A DNA stretch of 64,000 nucleotides from Promethearchaeota archaeon (GTDB lineage: Archaea > Asgardarchaeota > Lokiarchaeia > Sigyniarchaeales > SOKP01), in the NCBI GenBank assembly GCA_019058445.1, contig JAHPZA010000009.1, positions 64,001 through 128,000 of the forward strand, read 5' to 3'. The stretch's first letter is position 1; each line of letters starts with the position of its first letter. Below, piece after piece: positions 1-9,875 of this stretch. The position numbers and the translations under genes were made by a program. The notes under the pieces are model-generated. The model had not been told where the DNA came from, made no database searches, and saw nothing but the letters and a program-made list of their open reading frames with translations.

Positions 1-141
1 ATTTAAATAAAAATCATCTTTTAATATTTGAATAATTGTTAAAAATAAAATTTATTAATACATTTAGGATTCTATAAATAGTAGATTTTTATAGATTGAT
101 GATATTATATAAACTAAATATAAAAAAAAGAGAGTTAAAAA

Positions 142-690
142 ATGGCTAAAGAAATTAATATTCGAGAGCTTTTTTTTGATATCTTAGATCTCGTAAAATT
201 TGAATTAAAGTTTTATAAAGATAAAGAAAGTCCTATGTTTGAACGAATTGTGAAGACCAGAGTTTTTCAAACCAAGGTCCAACGGTTAAAGGACTTCATT
301 ATGAATTATTTCGAAATTCTTTATAAAGATGAGGATTCTCCGATTAATCAGGCCGCTCTTCAGACTCAGTTAGAGAATATCGCTCGTCTGACTAATTATT
401 ATAATGATCTCTCAAATTTTTACAAAGATCACACAAAAGATCTTATCACAAAAGACAAATTATTGAATTTGATTGACTACAGCCATATAGAAATTTTGTT
501 TTTAATCTTTTCTAATATTCTCGACTGGGAACATTACCGAAGCAGTTTATTATTTCCTACAGATAAAGCTAAGGAAAAGATACTAAAGGAATTTTTAAAT
601 AAGCTAGCTAGCATAGATATCAAAGATGCTGATGATATAATAGATTTGGAGCAAAGTATTGATATCTTTATTGAATCAGTGGAAGTTTAG
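142..690 (+). CDS. hypothetical helical protein (182 aa)
   Basis: Clean ORF with ATG after purine-rich GAGAG; no family recognised. Confidence 0.75.
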   Translation: MAKEINIRELFFDILDLVKFELKFYKDKESPMFERIVKTRVFQTKVQRLKDFIMNYFEILYKDEDSPINQAALQTQLENIARLTNYYNDLSNFYKDHTKDLITKDKLLNLIDYSHIEILFLIFSNILDWEHYRSSLLFPTDKAKEKILKEFLNKLASIDIKDADDIIDLEQSIDIFIESVEV

Positions 691-868
691 AATTTTCCCA
701 TACCATTTAAACCTCCAATAAGGGAACTTAACCATAAAACTAATTTTAAAGAATGTTCTTTAATTTCCTAACATATAATATTCAAATAGATAAATTTAAT
801 TAAGTGAAATCTATTAACCCACCTTCTATTTTTAAACATTTTTCTTGTTTTGAGAAAAAACGTTTCAT

Positions 869-1276
869 ATGTCGATAGAATTCTCAAATTTTTCTCAATA
901 CACAAAATTTATATTTGTAAATCATTATGTCTTTTTTGGTATAGGAGAAAGGAATTTCAAATTATTTTCCCCATTAAAAATGGATTGTGTAGATGAAATT
1001 TTAATATATTATGAGAATAAAGAGAGTCATCAATCTCGAGCAATTAAGACTTGGATTAGCCATATTTTGATTGATTTAATGAGAGATTTAGAAGAGGATG
1101 ATCCAAAAAGTAATTTAAGAGTTCGAAATTGCTTAATCCTTTTAGTAAATCTATTTTTCGATGTAGATAATCCTGATCATTACCACTCACAAGGAATTCC
1201 TATCCATGAGATTACGGAAAAAGACAGAGTAAAATTTATTGAAATTTTGAAATCAGAAATAACTCATTTCAATTAA
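869..1276 (+). CDS. hypothetical protein; true start possibly ATG 980 (MDCVDEIL)
   Basis: ORF; a TATA-like AAATTTATATTT at ~905-916 lies inside the called N-terminus, so the start is probably downstream. Confidence 0.6.
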   Translation: MSIEFSNFSQYTKFIFVNHYVFFGIGERNFKLFSPLKMDCVDEILIYYENKESHQSRAIKTWISHILIDLMRDLEEDDPKSNLRVRNCLILLVNLFFDVDNPDHYHSQGIPIHEITEKDRVKFIEILKSEITHFN

Positions 1277-1316
1277 GCTGAAGATTTTTACTAAAACTAA
1301 GATCTATAAATTCTTT

Positions 1317-3572
1317 TTAAAAAATAGGGGTATAGTCGGGTCGCGTTTTATCATATTCATTAAAAATGTTATCAATTTTCTGTAGTATTTGTATTATAGC
1401 ATCCTTAGTTTCTTTATCTTGACCAAATGTATCAACAATCACACTATAGAGATCCACTTGATATTCAGAAGTCAGTTGCGAAATTTTCCTTAAATCCCAC
1501 TGTCTAATTCCGTGCTCTTTTAATTGGATAAATACATTATCTATTTCTTCTTTAAGTTTAAGTGTCGCAGAAAGCGATTTAGTACAATTCTCTAAAAGAT
1601 CTTTTTCTTTTTTAAAAACAATTAACTCCTCGCCATTTAAATCTTCCTTAGCTTCAATATCTTCAATTCGTTCAATTAATAAATACTTTAATCTCTCATA
1701 TATATGAATTGTTTGAGCTATTTTTTCTCTACTTTTTATTAAATCTTGACGATTCAATCTGGCTTCCACAATTTTTAAGTACGCATCTTCATAATAGGTC
1801 TCTAACTCACCGAAGGTACTTTTCTCCCACTCATTAATTTTCTTTCTGATTTGTCGCAGTTGCTCATTTAAAACATCAATTTCTTTCACATTTAGGTTTT
1901 GATTATTTAACTGATTGAAAATTTTATTGGCATCTGATTTTATTAATATAGTTCTTAGTTTAAGGATATGTGCTTTTTTTTCTATATTAGTAATGCTTCT
2001 AGAAACACCCTCTTTTTCACAGATCGTAAAGATGCTAATTGCACTGTCCAATAATTCATTAAATTTATCTTGATTAGATTCAATATAATATTTTGAGTCT
2101 TGAACTTTCTGAATGGCTCTATCCATCTGAATTTCTAATTCGAAAATAAAATCAATCAAATTTACTTGCGTTCTTTCAGATAATATCTTCGATTTATTGA
2201 CCATATCCTCTTCTACAGATTTACTGGCAAGATACCAAAAAACAGCTGCGGGTATCCAGAAAAAGACTGAAAACACCATCATATTGAAAATGCTTCCTAA
2301 CATTGAAATCAACATAAATGAAATTAAAAGAGTAAATCCTTTACCCAATTGCTCCGAAAGGTTGAAAAAAGAGGCAGCAGTTCCTTTATGTTCGGGCATA
2401 TTTACATCTACCATTATTGCATTTTTATTGGCTACTGGGGCAGCTCCTAATGTTGAACCAATTAATGCTACAACAAAATACCATATATAGGAGGGATAAA
2501 CTCTAAATACTGCTTGAATGGTTAAAAAAATATAATGCCATGTTTCTCCTGTCGGGATTGGATCGGGATAATCAATATTTAACTTCGCGACGCTGACGGG
2601 TTCAATAAGAAATAGCATTATTAAACAACAGGGAATTGCAATTATCATACAGACTGTCGCTAATCTCGCGCGGTTTCTTTTATTTCTCTTGTATAATACA
2701 TCACTTAAACGTGAAATGATTACATTACCTAATAAATAGCCAATACCAACCATTCCAGCAAAAATAGTAGCGGTTTGTAGTCTAATTTCTGGAGGTAATT
2801 CAGCAAAATAATATAATGCTAACATTGAAGTTAAGAAATAAATAAGAATTGTTCCAGGGATCACCGTTAAGAACCCTTGGCTAACTAAATGACGGTTTGT
2901 CTTTTTTCGAATGATCTCTGCTAAATCCTCTCTAGAGATACGGTAACTATATTCTAAATTAAATTCAGTCAAATCTAATAGTTCACTTTCACTCGCACCC
3001 CGTTGAGGTATTTTTATAAAGAACAAAATACCTAATATGAAAAAGCTAATTATCGATAAGAGAATAAAAGGAAATCTCCATCCAAAAATTGGACCTATAA
3101 ATGATGACAAGGCTTGTCCTGTTCCGTTCGAGATGGAACTTAAAATTGCTAATGTACCAAACCAACCAGATCTCTCCTCAGGAGGGATGGCATCAGATAT
3201 AATTGAATATCCCACTGGCAAAACACATCCTAACCCGGCCCCACTGAGCATTCTACTTAAAATGAGCATTTCATAAGAAGTACAAAAGGCAGTAAGGAGC
3301 ATTCCAAAAGTCCAACAAAACGCTCCTACCCTGATAACTTTTGTTCTATTTATACGGTCGGTATAATACCCCCATATAATAGCAAAACAGGCGCTAACTA
3401 AAATAAATAATGCATCTGGAATTGCAATTAAAGCAACGGGAATGTCAAATTCTTGCTGAATCGCTGCATAACTTGGGATAAGCATATTCGCACATGCGAT
3501 TGAAACAAATAATAAGAGCACAACTAAGATTATCGGAATTAAATCTTTTGTTTTGACTGTTGTAAGTGGAAT
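1317..3572 (-). CDS. MFS transporter (spinster-like) fused to ~290-aa C-terminal helical domain; probable ATT start
   Basis: MFS motif A (WGYYTDRINR), ~12 hydrophobic segments; frame open upstream of the called GTG 3521 to ATT 3572 (PLTTVKTKDLIPIILVV), preceded by GGTAAT+5 nt. Confidence 0.85.
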   Translation of the reverse strand: MPLTTVKTKDLIPIILVVLLLFVSIACANMLIPSYAAIQQEFDIPVALIAIPDALFILVSACFAIIWGYYTDRINRTKVIRVGAFCWTFGMLLTAFCTSYEMLILSRMLSGAGLGCVLPVGYSIISDAIPPEERSGWFGTLAILSSISNGTGQALSSFIGPIFGWRFPFILLSIISFFILGILFFIKIPQRGASESELLDLTEFNLEYSYRISREDLAEIIRKKTNRHLVSQGFLTVIPGTILIYFLTSMLALYYFAELPPEIRLQTATIFAGMVGIGYLLGNVIISRLSDVLYKRNKRNRARLATVCMIIAIPCCLIMLFLIEPVSVAKLNIDYPDPIPTGETWHYIFLTIQAVFRVYPSYIWYFVVALIGSTLGAAPVANKNAIMVDVNMPEHKGTAASFFNLSEQLGKGFTLLISFMLISMLGSIFNMMVFSVFFWIPAAVFWYLASKSVEEDMVNKSKILSERTQVNLIDFIFELEIQMDRAIQKVQDSKYYIESNQDKFNELLDSAISIFTICEKEGVSRSITNIEKKAHILKLRTILIKSDANKIFNQLNNQNLNVKEIDVLNEQLRQIRKKINEWEKSTFGELETYYEDAYLKIVEARLNRQDLIKSREKIAQTIHIYERLKYLLIERIEDIEAKEDLNGEELIVFKKEKDLLENCTKSLSATLKLKEEIDNVFIQLKEHGIRQWDLRKISQLTSEYQVDLYSVIVDTFGQDKETKDAIIQILQKIDNIFNEYDKTRPDYTPIF

Positions 3573-3712
3573 GTGAGATTACCATTTTAAATTTTGATAA
3601 TTATATTAAATAAGATTAGGACGTTAAAAAATTTTCAGACTTAAAATATTAAGAATCTAATATTTTCGAAATATAACAGTAAGTAAAATAATGATGCATT
3701 AGAGTAAAGTAA

Positions 3713-3816
3713 TGGAGACGGCGGGATTTGAACCCGCGGCCTTTCGCATGCCAAGCGAACGATCTTCCGATTTAATCCTGCACGGAGCTTGTCCGTAGAG
3801 TCTAATCCACGTCCCC
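3713..3816 (-). tRNA. tRNA-Ala(GGC) with 30-nt D-loop intron; CCA not encoded
   Basis: Acceptor GGGGACG/CGTCTCC with G3:U70, discriminator A; anticodon arm TTCGC-TTGGCAT-GCGAA; T arm GCGGG-TTCAAAT-CCCGC; D stem GATT/GATC; spliced length 74 nt. Confidence 0.95.
3772..3801 (-). other. tRNA intron at non-canonical position 15/16
   Basis: ACTCTACGGACAAGCTCCGTGCAGGATTAA; forms a BHB-like motif (central helix GAUU/GAUU, bulges AG|A and AA|A, intron stem CUCUACGGA/UCCGUGCAG). Confidence 0.8.
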
Positions 3817-3939
3817 ATTTTAAAAAGTTTTATTTGAAGACAGTTCTATGTTAAATAGTTATAATCAATTTTTAAAAAAAATTATGGTTTTTACATAAAA
3901 GAAATAAGAAATAAATACAAAATTGAATATTTGAGATCT

Positions 3940-6414
3940 ATGAAAAATCTAAAAAAAAAAGCGAATTCATTTATCCTTATTTTTATCCTTACAAGCAACA
4001 TTCTCACGCCATTTATCGGGATGCCTTTAACTCGGGCTACATATAATAATACTATTCAAATTCAATCAGATTTAATTTCATTCCGAAAAGAAAATGATGT
4101 GGCTTATAATAACAATTGGGAGAAAATGCTTGCCAAATTTGACAAGAATGGAAATGAAGTAGCTGATCAACTTGATAATAAGCTTGAATTATTAGAAATA
4201 TCTTATGATTTTGTAAATTCAGGTCCATCTGAACCAATAGACTTCATCATTCAATTTCCAGATGGTTATGACTATTCAAAAGTGATTGTAATTTTAAAAG
4301 AAAACGGTGGAAATATCAAATATGAGTATAATGCTGCTATTAATGGTTTTGCTGGAAGCATTGAATATAATAGATTAAATGATTTTTGCGAAAAGTTAAA
4401 ACAGAATAAAGTAGATTTTTTAATTGAAGAAGATGCAAAAATCAAAGCGAACTTATATTATGCATCACGTAATTTAAATTTACGACCTTATGTGTGGAAA
4501 ACACTAGATGGGGGTTATACTGGAGATAATACTAGTTCAATAGCAATAATGGATACCGGGATTGATGAATCTCATGAGTTTTTTGATAATTATTCTTTTG
4601 GTGATTTTAGATATAAAATTGTAGGATGGAGAGACTTTACTCCAGGAGGAAATAATGTAACTCTTTATGATGATGTCGGTCATGGGACTCATGTCGCGGG
4701 AATAGCAGCAGGAGTTGGCACTCCAATTAAAGATGGCTCAGATAGATCTATTGCCACTAGTGCTAGCAATGTAGATTATTTTGCTAGCGGAAGTGTAGTA
4801 GATGGTGATGAGTGGTTAGAACCTCTATCAAGGTTTAATGTGCCAACATTAGGTGAGATTGAAGTTGAATGTGGATTTAATGACTCAACACCAGCAATGG
4901 ATTATACAACATCCAAATTTTATATCCTTCGTCTCGAGGGTGATATAGGTTATATATATGCCGAGATTGGTCAAACTTCTCCAGGTGATTGGCAAAATAA
5001 TATGACTTATAATATTGATTCTACTGATAAACTGGGAGATTATGTGATAGTTGCGTTAATCACTTACAACGACGGTCCTGATGGTGATAATGATTGTTCG
5101 AATCCTAACAGTACAGTAAGAGCCGAAGTACATTGGCCATTCAATCCTCCTACATATGGATGTGGAAATCTCTGGAAAGGTGTTGCCCCTGATGCACACC
5201 TTGTGAGTGTGAGAGTACTTGGTAAATCAGGTGGAACAGAATCAGAATTTCTACAAGGTATCGATTGGGTCATTGCTAACAGAACGACCTTAAATATAAC
5301 TGTGATGTCGATGAGTCTTGGATTAGAAAATATCTATGGTCCCGTATCGAGTGCTGCTATGATCAATGCCGTTAATAACGCCGTAGAACTTGGAATAGTG
5401 GCAGTAGCTGCAGCAGGAAATGATGAGTCAGGAGGTAATAATATTGGATCCCCTGGAGATGCCGATAATGCGATTACGGTTGCTGCTATGAATTATGGAG
5501 ATCAAATAACAGATTATAGTAGTCAAGGGGGTTCCGAAAGTTACCAAAATACAACAAAGCCAGATATAACTGCTCCTGGCGGAAGTTTCAATCAATATCA
5601 AATGTTTTCGGCTGATACCAATGACAATGATGCTGAAGGTGCAATTCCTGATGACTATAGCAATGATTTGTATGGTGCCCAAGGCACCTCAATGGCAACT
5701 CCTGTAGTAGCAGGTGCGGCTAATCTTTTAATCCAAGCAATGGGAGGAGGAAACAATTGGGATTGGAATAGTGGAAGTAAATCAAAACTCGTAAAAGCAA
5801 TTTTATTGATGACAGCTACAGAAACATATCCATTAAAAAGAGAAGATGATACAAGTTATAGCCCTTCTCTAAATAGAGGTGGAAAAGATGTTCATGAAGG
5901 GTATGGACGGTTAAATATTGGTGCCGCTATACAAGCTTGGACGAATGACTTAAATGGAAAAAACCTCAGCCCCATCCTTTATTCTTCCATTGAAAATTCT
6001 TTTGCAAACCATTCTTATGCTGGTTATGTAGATTTAAATAAAGACAATACATATCTATTTAATTTAACTGTTCCAGCTGGCAAAGATTACGATTTATATT
6101 TGTATAACTATACATTCAAAGAATGGGGTGAACCTGATTTAATTGCTTCAAGCATATCTGCAATACCAGGACAAGATGAACAAATTAATTTTACCGCTAA
6201 ACATGATGGGAAATATTTCTTGGTTGCTAAAGCAATAGGAATACCTACCCCTGGTGAAGATGATGACGATGATGAAGATAAGGAAATTGTAATAGATTTA
6301 ACGTTATTTCTCATAATAAGTGCTATAGTTGCCTTGATTGGTATAATTATACTTATAAAGGTTTATAAGAAAAGTAGAGAAGATGATAACTACGAATACT
6401 ACCCAGAATACTAA
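3940..6414 (+). CDS. membrane-anchored S8 (subtilisin-like) serine peptidase with inserted domain and PPC-like C-terminal domain
   Basis: Signal peptide; IMDTGID (Asp), HGTHVAG (His), AAGN (oxyanion), GTSMATP (Ser); acidic linker, C-terminal TM helix and short tail. Confidence 0.93.
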   Translation: MKNLKKKANSFILIFILTSNILTPFIGMPLTRATYNNTIQIQSDLISFRKENDVAYNNNWEKMLAKFDKNGNEVADQLDNKLELLEISYDFVNSGPSEPIDFIIQFPDGYDYSKVIVILKENGGNIKYEYNAAINGFAGSIEYNRLNDFCEKLKQNKVDFLIEEDAKIKANLYYASRNLNLRPYVWKTLDGGYTGDNTSSIAIMDTGIDESHEFFDNYSFGDFRYKIVGWRDFTPGGNNVTLYDDVGHGTHVAGIAAGVGTPIKDGSDRSIATSASNVDYFASGSVVDGDEWLEPLSRFNVPTLGEIEVECGFNDSTPAMDYTTSKFYILRLEGDIGYIYAEIGQTSPGDWQNNMTYNIDSTDKLGDYVIVALITYNDGPDGDNDCSNPNSTVRAEVHWPFNPPTYGCGNLWKGVAPDAHLVSVRVLGKSGGTESEFLQGIDWVIANRTTLNITVMSMSLGLENIYGPVSSAAMINAVNNAVELGIVAVAAAGNDESGGNNIGSPGDADNAITVAAMNYGDQITDYSSQGGSESYQNTTKPDITAPGGSFNQYQMFSADTNDNDAEGAIPDDYSNDLYGAQGTSMATPVVAGAANLLIQAMGGGNNWDWNSGSKSKLVKAILLMTATETYPLKREDDTSYSPSLNRGGKDVHEGYGRLNIGAAIQAWTNDLNGKNLSPILYSSIENSFANHSYAGYVDLNKDNTYLFNLTVPAGKDYDLYLYNYTFKEWGEPDLIASSISAIPGQDEQINFTAKHDGKYFLVAKAIGIPTPGEDDDDDEDKEIVIDLTLFLIISAIVALIGIIILIKVYKKSREDDNYEYYPEY

Positions 6415-6451
6415 TCTTCAATTTTATTCTTTTTTTTTCTAATATTAATAT

Positions 6452-7162
6452 TTATTTCGTAATAATTAGGACTGTACCATCTTCTTTTCCTATGTATGCT
6501 TTAGAGGTCATCCCAATAAAGAACCCCGTATCCACTACACCCGGAATTTTAAGAATTTTCTCATTTAGTTCAGAAGGGTGTTTAACAATCCCAAAATTCA
6601 CATCAATAATAAAGTTTCCATTATCCGTTACTAAAGGACCCGCCTTTGCTTGAGCCATTCTTAAAACTGGTTGACCCCCTAAAGACTCAAGTTTCTTCAT
6701 GATAGGAACATAAGCCATGGGAATTACTTCAATAGGAACTCCTTTCTTCCAATTTTCACCAAGATATTTCGAATTTTTCCTGTAATCTGCAATAATGACT
6801 AATTTCTTTGAGTTTGATGCGATAATTTTTTCTTGTACTAAGCAACCTCCCCCTCCTTTAATTAAATTAAGTTCCTTGTCAATTTCATCTGCCCCATCAA
6901 TATCCAAATCAATTTCAGGGTATTGATCTAACGATACTAGATTCAATCCATTTTCCACAAGTAATTGATAGGATTGAAAAGAAGTGGGAATACATTTTAA
7001 ATTTAAATGATCACCCTTATTTTTTTCAGCTATTTTTTGTACAGCATAGACAACAGTAGAACCACTGCCAATGCCTAAAATCATGTCCTTTTTAACATTT
7101 TCTTCCACGGCTTTTTCTGCAGCAGTTCTTTTTCCTAATTCAATTAAATTTTCATTCATCAT
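6452..7162 (-). CDS. rpiA: ribose-5-phosphate isomerase A
   Basis: GIGSGST, IDGADE, KGGGG, VTDNGN motifs. Confidence 0.96.
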   Translation of the reverse strand: MMNENLIELGKRTAAEKAVEENVKKDMILGIGSGSTVVYAVQKIAEKNKGDHLNLKCIPTSFQSYQLLVENGLNLVSLDQYPEIDLDIDGADEIDKELNLIKGGGGCLVQEKIIASNSKKLVIIADYRKNSKYLGENWKKGVPIEVIPMAYVPIMKKLESLGGQPVLRMAQAKAGPLVTDNGNFIIDVNFGIVKHPSELNEKILKIPGVVDTGFFIGMTSKAYIGKEDGTVLIITK

Positions 7163-7179
7163 AATTCTATTTAATTTTA

Positions 7180-7599
7180 TTATTTTAATAGATTAAGAAT
7201 TCGAATAGCAAGATAAGCAGCGTTTTCACCGCGATCAATTCCAACACATGCCACAGGAACTTTAGGAGGCATTTGAACAATCGATAATAATGCATCTAAT
7301 CCTCCTAATTTAGAATCCACAGGAACTCCAATAACAGGCCTCTCTGTTTTTGATGCAACAACTCCTGGTAAAGCTGCTGACAATCCAGCAACTGTAATAT
7401 AAATTAAAGATTCACAAGAATTAATATATTCGTCCAATTTATCAGGATCACGGTGTGCAGATATAATTTGTAAGTCATATGGAATATTATTTTCTATCAG
7501 GACATTTTCAGCTTTCACATACACTTCCTTATCGCTTTTGCTACCTGCTATTATTGAAATTAAAGGCTTCTCATCTCTGTCTTTGTTTGAAATTGACAT
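7180..7599 (-). CDS. purE: PurE (N5-CAIR mutase / AIR carboxylase family)
   Basis: [30 protein letters not shown] motifs. Confidence 0.93.
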   Translation of the reverse strand: MSISNKDRDEKPLISIIAGSKSDKEVYVKAENVLIENNIPYDLQIISAHRDPDKLDEYINSCESLIYITVAGLSAALPGVVASKTERPVIGVPVDSKLGGLDALLSIVQMPPKVPVACVGIDRGENAAYLAIRILNLLK

Positions 7600-7803
7600 A
7601 ATTAAACTAAATTTTCGAAAAATAAAAAGAATTCTAGTCGTTTTTTAACAATTTTTAAAAAAAAATACTTAAGTAAAAAATACGAATTATTATTTTCAGA
7701 TATCCATTCATCAAAAACTTTAATATTTTTTGAAGACTTCATCACTTACTTACTAATACTAAATATTTAACAATAAACATAAACTAAAAAGTGATTATTA
7801 AAA

Positions 7804-9090
7804 ATGGTAGAATTAAACGAAGTATGGTTAATTGATTATGCGAGAACTGCCTTTTCTCGCTCAAGACCAAAGCAACCTGAAAGAGACGTGTTTGGAGAGA
7901 TAAGGAGCGATGAGTTAACTGCTACATTATTGATGAAATTTTTTGATCAGAAATTAGCTGATAAGGGAATTGAGAAAAAAGACGTTGATGAATTTACTAT
8001 TGGAACTGCTATGGGAGTTTGGGAGAATTGGACTTATGGAGGAAGATTACCACTTTTCTTAGCGGAGTTTCCCGTTGAAGTGCCTGCTTTGTTTGTAGAC
8101 AGACAATGTGGATCAGCAGGTAGTGGAATGCATGTTGCAATCATGGAAATCATGACTGGAATGAGTAAATGTTGTCTTTCGGCGGGAGTGGAGCATATGA
8201 CTCGGGTTTCTATGCAGAACAACCATATCAATCCTAATCTGGGAATGGTTAACAAAAAGGATAAATGGTATAGACCCCAGTATGATATAATGACGACAAT
8301 CAATATGCTTCAAACTGCGCAAAAGCTTTACGAGCAAGAAGTTCCTGCGTTTACTAAAGAAGATCTAGATAAGTTTGGAGTACGAGCCCACAATTTAACT
8401 GTAGAAAATACTGAAAAAGGATGGTTTAAGGGTGAAATTATTCCAATAGAAGGACATGCTGAAGGAAATATTGAAGAAACAATGATGATTGATAGAGACA
8501 TGGCAGCGAGAAGATCTACATTAGAAAAGGTTTCAACATTACCTCGATTATCGAAACCTTATTATTTAGAAAAGAATGGTGGCAGAAAAGGTTATGTTGA
8601 GAGAGAAGGAACTAAAGATGGCGTAATCACCCCGGGAAATTCTTCACCTCTTAATGCGGGAGCTACTGCAGCGCTATTAATGGAAGCTAAGGAGGCTGAA
8701 AAGAGAGGGCTCGAACCAATGGCCAAAATTGTTTCTATTGGTTGGGCAGGAGTTGATCCATCAGTAATGGGTCGAGGACCTGTCCCTGCAACAGAAATGG
8801 CTTTAAAACATGCTGGTTTAACCGCTGACGATATCGATTATTGGGAGATTAATGAAGCTTTCTGCATCGTGGCATTAAACTGTATGAAACATTTCAATAT
8901 TCCTGAAGAAAAGGCTAATGTCATGGGAGGTTCAACTGCTATTGGGCATCCTCTTGGTGCTACAATGATTCGATTACCAGGTACGCTTGCACGAATCTTA
9001 AGAGACAAAAAAGCGAAATATGGTTGTGCAAATGCCTGTTGCGGAGGAGGCCAAGGAGTAGCAACAATTATAGAAAATCCTGATGCCTAA
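7804..9090 (+). CDS. acetyl-CoA C-acyltransferase (thiolase)
   Basis: RQCGS active-site Cys, NEAF, GHPLGA, CCGGG; SD GTGAT upstream. Confidence 0.95.
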   Translation: MVELNEVWLIDYARTAFSRSRPKQPERDVFGEIRSDELTATLLMKFFDQKLADKGIEKKDVDEFTIGTAMGVWENWTYGGRLPLFLAEFPVEVPALFVDRQCGSAGSGMHVAIMEIMTGMSKCCLSAGVEHMTRVSMQNNHINPNLGMVNKKDKWYRPQYDIMTTINMLQTAQKLYEQEVPAFTKEDLDKFGVRAHNLTVENTEKGWFKGEIIPIEGHAEGNIEETMMIDRDMAARRSTLEKVSTLPRLSKPYYLEKNGGRKGYVEREGTKDGVITPGNSSPLNAGATAALLMEAKEAEKRGLEPMAKIVSIGWAGVDPSVMGRGPVPATEMALKHAGLTADDIDYWEINEAFCIVALNCMKHFNIPEEKANVMGGSTAIGHPLGATMIRLPGTLARILRDKKAKYGCANACCGGGQGVATIIENPDA

Positions 9091-9136
9091 AATTACATCT
9101 AGATAGTCCTAGATTAACAAATAATTATAATCCCTA

Positions 9137-9151
9137 TTTTTCTTTTTTTTT
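9137..9151 (+). terminator. oligo-T archaeal terminator after thiolase
   Basis: T-tract ~50 nt after the stop; similar tracts follow many genes (e.g. ~6430, ~9560, ~22805, ~34030, ~45470). Confidence 0.5.
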
Positions 9152-9323
9152 AATTTTCAAATTGTTGAGATTTTCTTTATCATTAGCTAATTTTAAAACA
9201 ATCTATTTGCAAAATATTTATATATCCAACTATACCAAATATACACTAAATCAAGAAACTTTAATTATAACATAGGGTATATTCAAAATTTAAAAATTAT
9301 TTAAAAAAAGTGGTGATTAATAA

Positions 9324-9530
9324 ATGCCAGTATATAAATCTATCCAGCTCGTGGGCACGAGTGATGTAAATTGGGCAGAAGCTGTAAAGAATTGTTATGC
9401 TGAAGCAAAAAAGTCTCTTCGGGGTATACGTAACATTCAGATTATAGAATCTGATGTAAAGGTAAAGGAAGATGTAGATAAGCTCATTTATCGTGTAAGA
9501 GTTCAAGTAAATTTCGAAATAGAGAAATAA
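9324..9530 (+). CDS. dodecin family flavin-binding protein
   Basis: VYKSIQLVGTS..W.EAV, SLRGI, YRVRVQVNF; SD GGTGAT+6 nt. Confidence 0.9.
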   Translation: MPVYKSIQLVGTSDVNWAEAVKNCYAEAKKSLRGIRNIQIIESDVKVKEDVDKLIYRVRVQVNFEIEK

Positions 9531-9686
9531 TATTAACGCTCTAATGAAATTCTAATAATATTTTTTTTTATTAATTTTTTTGTATAAATCCATGAATTAT
9601 CTTTTTTCTTTAAACTAATATACAAAAATTTATTTATTCCTCCTATAATATTTAATTTAAATTAATAATATAATTTTCAAGATAAA

Positions 9687-9803
9687 ATGTTATTAAATGG
9701 ATTAGAAGAGACTTATACTCAATATATCATAGGTGGGTTTGTACTTTTATTAATTTTTATTATATGCTGTCTTATACATAATAAACTTTTAAGAGAGTCG
9801 TAA
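9687..9803 (+). CDS. small single-TM peptide (38 aa), not in ORF track
   Basis: MLLNGLEETYTQYIIGGFVLLLIFIICCLIHNKLLRES*; TATA-like CTATAATA ~40 nt upstream. Confidence 0.55.
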   Translation: MLLNGLEETYTQYIIGGFVLLLIFIICCLIHNKLLRES

Positions 9804-9875
9804 GTAATACCTAATATTTTATCTTATTTATTCGGCGTTGTGTTTCCATTTTACACAGTGTGATAATAAAAAAGA

